Source: the human T2T-CHM13v2.0 reference genome, Homo sapiens
Length of the DNA: 64,000 bases
Reading direction: 5' to 3' (one strand)
Assembly: GCF_009914755.1 (NCBI RefSeq)
Contig: NC_060939.1
The notes under the pieces: generated by a model
The model's database searches: none
What the model saw: the letters and a program-made list of their open reading frames with translations, nothing else
Told to the model about the DNA's origin: nothing
Translations under genes and position numbers: made by a program
Part shown: piece after piece, positions 61,283 through 64,000 of the stretch
How positions within the stretch are numbered: the stretch's first letter is position 1
Layout of the letters: each line of letters opens with the position of its first letter

Positions 61283-62765
61283 AATTTTTTTCAGATTGTT
61301 CATTACTAAAATATACATCTTGTATGCTACAATATTGCTGAATTTGTTTATTGGTTCTAACAGTTTTTGGTGGATTCTGTGGAATTTCCTCTGTATGTGA
61401 TTATGCCATCTATGAATAGGGACTGTTGCATTTCTTCCTGAAAAATGATTTGAATATCTTTTACTTGTTTTTCTTGCATAATTGTTTTGGCTAGAACTTC
61501 CTGTACACTGTACGAGTATCAAAAGTGGACATCCTTATCTTGTCTCTGACCTAAGTGGGAAAGTTTTCAGACTTTCGTGCTTAAGTAATGAATGTGGGTT
61601 TTTAAATAAATGTCCTTTATCAGGTTGAGGAAGTTCCCTTCCACCTAGATTTTAAATGTTTTTTTAATCACAAAAGGCTACTGAATTTTATGAAATGCTT
61701 TTTTTTGCATCTATTGAAATAATTATATGATTATTTGCCTTTGTTCTGTTAATATGACATATTAGCAATTTATGCCTAGTGTTCCACTATTGGAATGCTA
61801 AGCATGTGGGAGTTATTTATATCCTACTGCTCAAAGTCATTGCCAAAATCTGATTGCAAAATTTCAAATAATTGCAACCTCAGGCATAAATGGGTTAATT
61901 TTTACATGAGCCACTCTTGAACTCCTACAATAAATCCTACTTGGTCATGAAGCATAATCTGTTTAATATAGTGTTGGATTCAGTTTGCTAGTATTTTGTT
62001 GGTTTTTGCATCTATATTCATAAGGTGTTTTGATTTACAGTTTTCTTGTGATATTTTTGTGTGGCTATGGTATGAGGGCTAATGTCGGCCTCATCAAATG
62101 CCTTAGAAAGTATTCCCTCCTTTATTTTTTGAAAGTTTTTGAAAATTATTGATGTTAATTCTTCTTTAAATGTTAGGTAGAATTCACTTGTGAAGTCACC
62201 TGGTCCTGGGTTTTTCTTTGCTGGGAGGTTTTTTATTATTGATTTGATCTTTTTACTTGTTATAGGTACTTTCAGATTATCTAACTCTTCTTGCGTTGTT
62301 TTTGGTAGTTTTTGTATTCCTAGGAATTTTCCCACTTCAGATAGGTTATATAATTTGTTGTAAAAGTGTTCATTACTCTCTTATAATCGTTTTTATTTCT
62401 GTAAGGCCAGACTCCATGTACTCTTTCTCACTCCTAATTTTAGTAATTTCAGTCTTCTTTTTTTCTCTTTTTTTTTTTAATTTAACATAGCTAAAGGTTG
62501 GCCAATTTTGATGATCTTTTCAAATAACCAGCTTTTGATTTTCTTGATTTTATCAATTGTTTTTCTATTTTCTATTTAAGTTTTCTCTCTGCTGTAATAT
62601 TCATTTTTCTTTTTCTTCTGCTGGCTTTAAGTTTAGTATGCTTCTTTATTTCCTCAAAGTATAAATTTAGGTCATTGATTGGAGGTTTTTCTCTTTCTTT
62701 ATGAAAGCATTTGCAACTCTAAATTTCCCTCTGAGCACTGCTTTTGCTGCATCCCAAACATTTCG
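61283..62765 (-). mobile_element. L1M ORF2 internal fragment, interrupted by MER85
   Basis: ORF 62018-62335 (IKNLPAKKNPGPGDFTSEFYLTFKEEL) resembles ORF2p upstream of the RT domain. Confidence 0.9.
61766..61894. mobile_element. MER85 piggyBac MITE (PGBD3-derived)
   Basis: TIRs atttatgcct / aggcataaatggg; TTAA at 61895-61898 and TTAG on the left; internal gtgggagttatttatatcctactgctcaa. Confidence 0.9.
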
Positions 62766-63039
62766 ATCAATCTACCTTAGATGTTTTTGACAGTGAGCTG
62801 TTTCCATTCATCATGCTTTTGTATCTAGGACTTCTGTGTAAACCACTCTTGTGGCTATCTGAGTAAGTCACAGAAAATCAGGAAGAGTGGTTCTTGGAAG
62901 ATTCATATATTTCTAGAGTTCTTACTTTTATATATTCTAAATTGTGCTAGATATAAAAAAATGTTAAAAAAGAATTATATTTTCAAATTCTACCTAATAG
63001 AAGAAATAAGCTTAATATAACAGTATACCAGGAAACATT

Positions 63040-63612
63040 GATGGACTCAGAAATATACAACATTCCAACCTAAACACAAATCCAAACATGTCATTCCCAA
63101 GCCTAAAACCTTTTAATGGCTCTTTCTTATTTTCCAAATAAGGCCCAAGTTCTTGTACAAAATGAACAAGAATCTTTAGTACGTGGTTCCTGTCCCTAGC
63201 TTCCTCCTTCCTTCTTTTTATTTTCTTGCAATGCCTGCTGCATTGTCTGTGGAGCCTCTGACATCCCCAGCCTCTGGATCCCTACCCATGCAGTTCCCTT
63301 GCCTGGAATGCCCTTGTCCTCTTTCTTAGCTTCGTAAATATTTCTCATCTTTGAAGACTCATTTCAGGCATTATTTTCTCCAGGAAACTCCAGATATTTT
63401 TACATACGGCTTATACATTTGTCTGCATTGTGAACATCTTTTTTACTAAATTATACTGGAATGATCTTGTTCTCATTTTGTTTTTTTCCCACTATACTAA
63501 AATCTTTTGAATCTGAACCTCAATTTGTTCATCTTTTTTTTCCACAGTGCCTCATAAAAGGCTTGGCATGTAGTAAATGCCCAATAAGTATATGTCAAAT
63601 TAAATGAAATGT
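63040..63612 (+). mobile_element. L2 3' region
   Basis: gcagttcccttgcctggaatgccctt...cagtgcc...ggcatgtagtaaatgcccaataagtat. Confidence 0.8.
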
Positions 63613-64000
63613 GGGCATATATTTAATTGCTGAGTGCTGCAGTCCTTCAGGGAAATGAAGATTAAGAAAGAAATTAAAAGGTTGCCAAGAGCTAAAGTGT
63701 TAGGAGTCACCAAGGAAACAGGACTTGGATTGTTTCAGGATAGTAGGATTTGAATGGGAGAAAAAAGAAGGATCAGCTCAGGCCAGGGGCTTACAATTAG
63801 AAGGTGAAACAAAATGAAAATAGACTCGGATGAGCTTAGAAATAATGAGACTGGCAGGATTAGAAGGTGAAGGGGCTTAGGGGAAAATTGAGAATGGCCT
63901 GTGGACACAGGGTGCACTGGCTTGGATACCACATTCAGACACAGTATCTGCCTGTGCTGCTTCCCACTCAGTCTCTCCCTGCTTGGCAAGTAGTGTGGAC

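Overview
Primate (catarrhine, human-like) non-coding genomic DNA dominated by interspersed repeats. I see no credible host protein-coding gene: the long ORFs in the track are Alu, L1, LTR12 or Tigger1 translations or have no recognisable homology. Content: about 32 Alu/FAM copies; an unusually dense, nested set of solo ERV/MaLR LTRs between about 11.8 and 28.5 kb; several L1, L2 and MIR fragments; and DNA transposons (MER2, Tigger1/2/15, MER33, MER63, and the piggyBac MITE MER85). Highlights: (1) a 445-bp tandem duplication whose copies differ by one base; (2) a strong minus-strand bias of LTRs and L1s up to about 47 kb, ending at a candidate spliced + strand 3' end polyadenylated in an LTR, which suggests a long non-coding transcription unit; (3) an LTR12C promoter inside a Tigger1 with a sense THE1 poly(A) signal downstream; (4) a MER85 retaining a near-consensus CSB-PGBD3 palindrome. 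Subfamily names come from recall of consensus sequences, not a database search, and boundaries without a target-site duplication (TSD) are approximate. I could not identify the locus and found no demonstrably new biological system; the findings are testable hypotheses.
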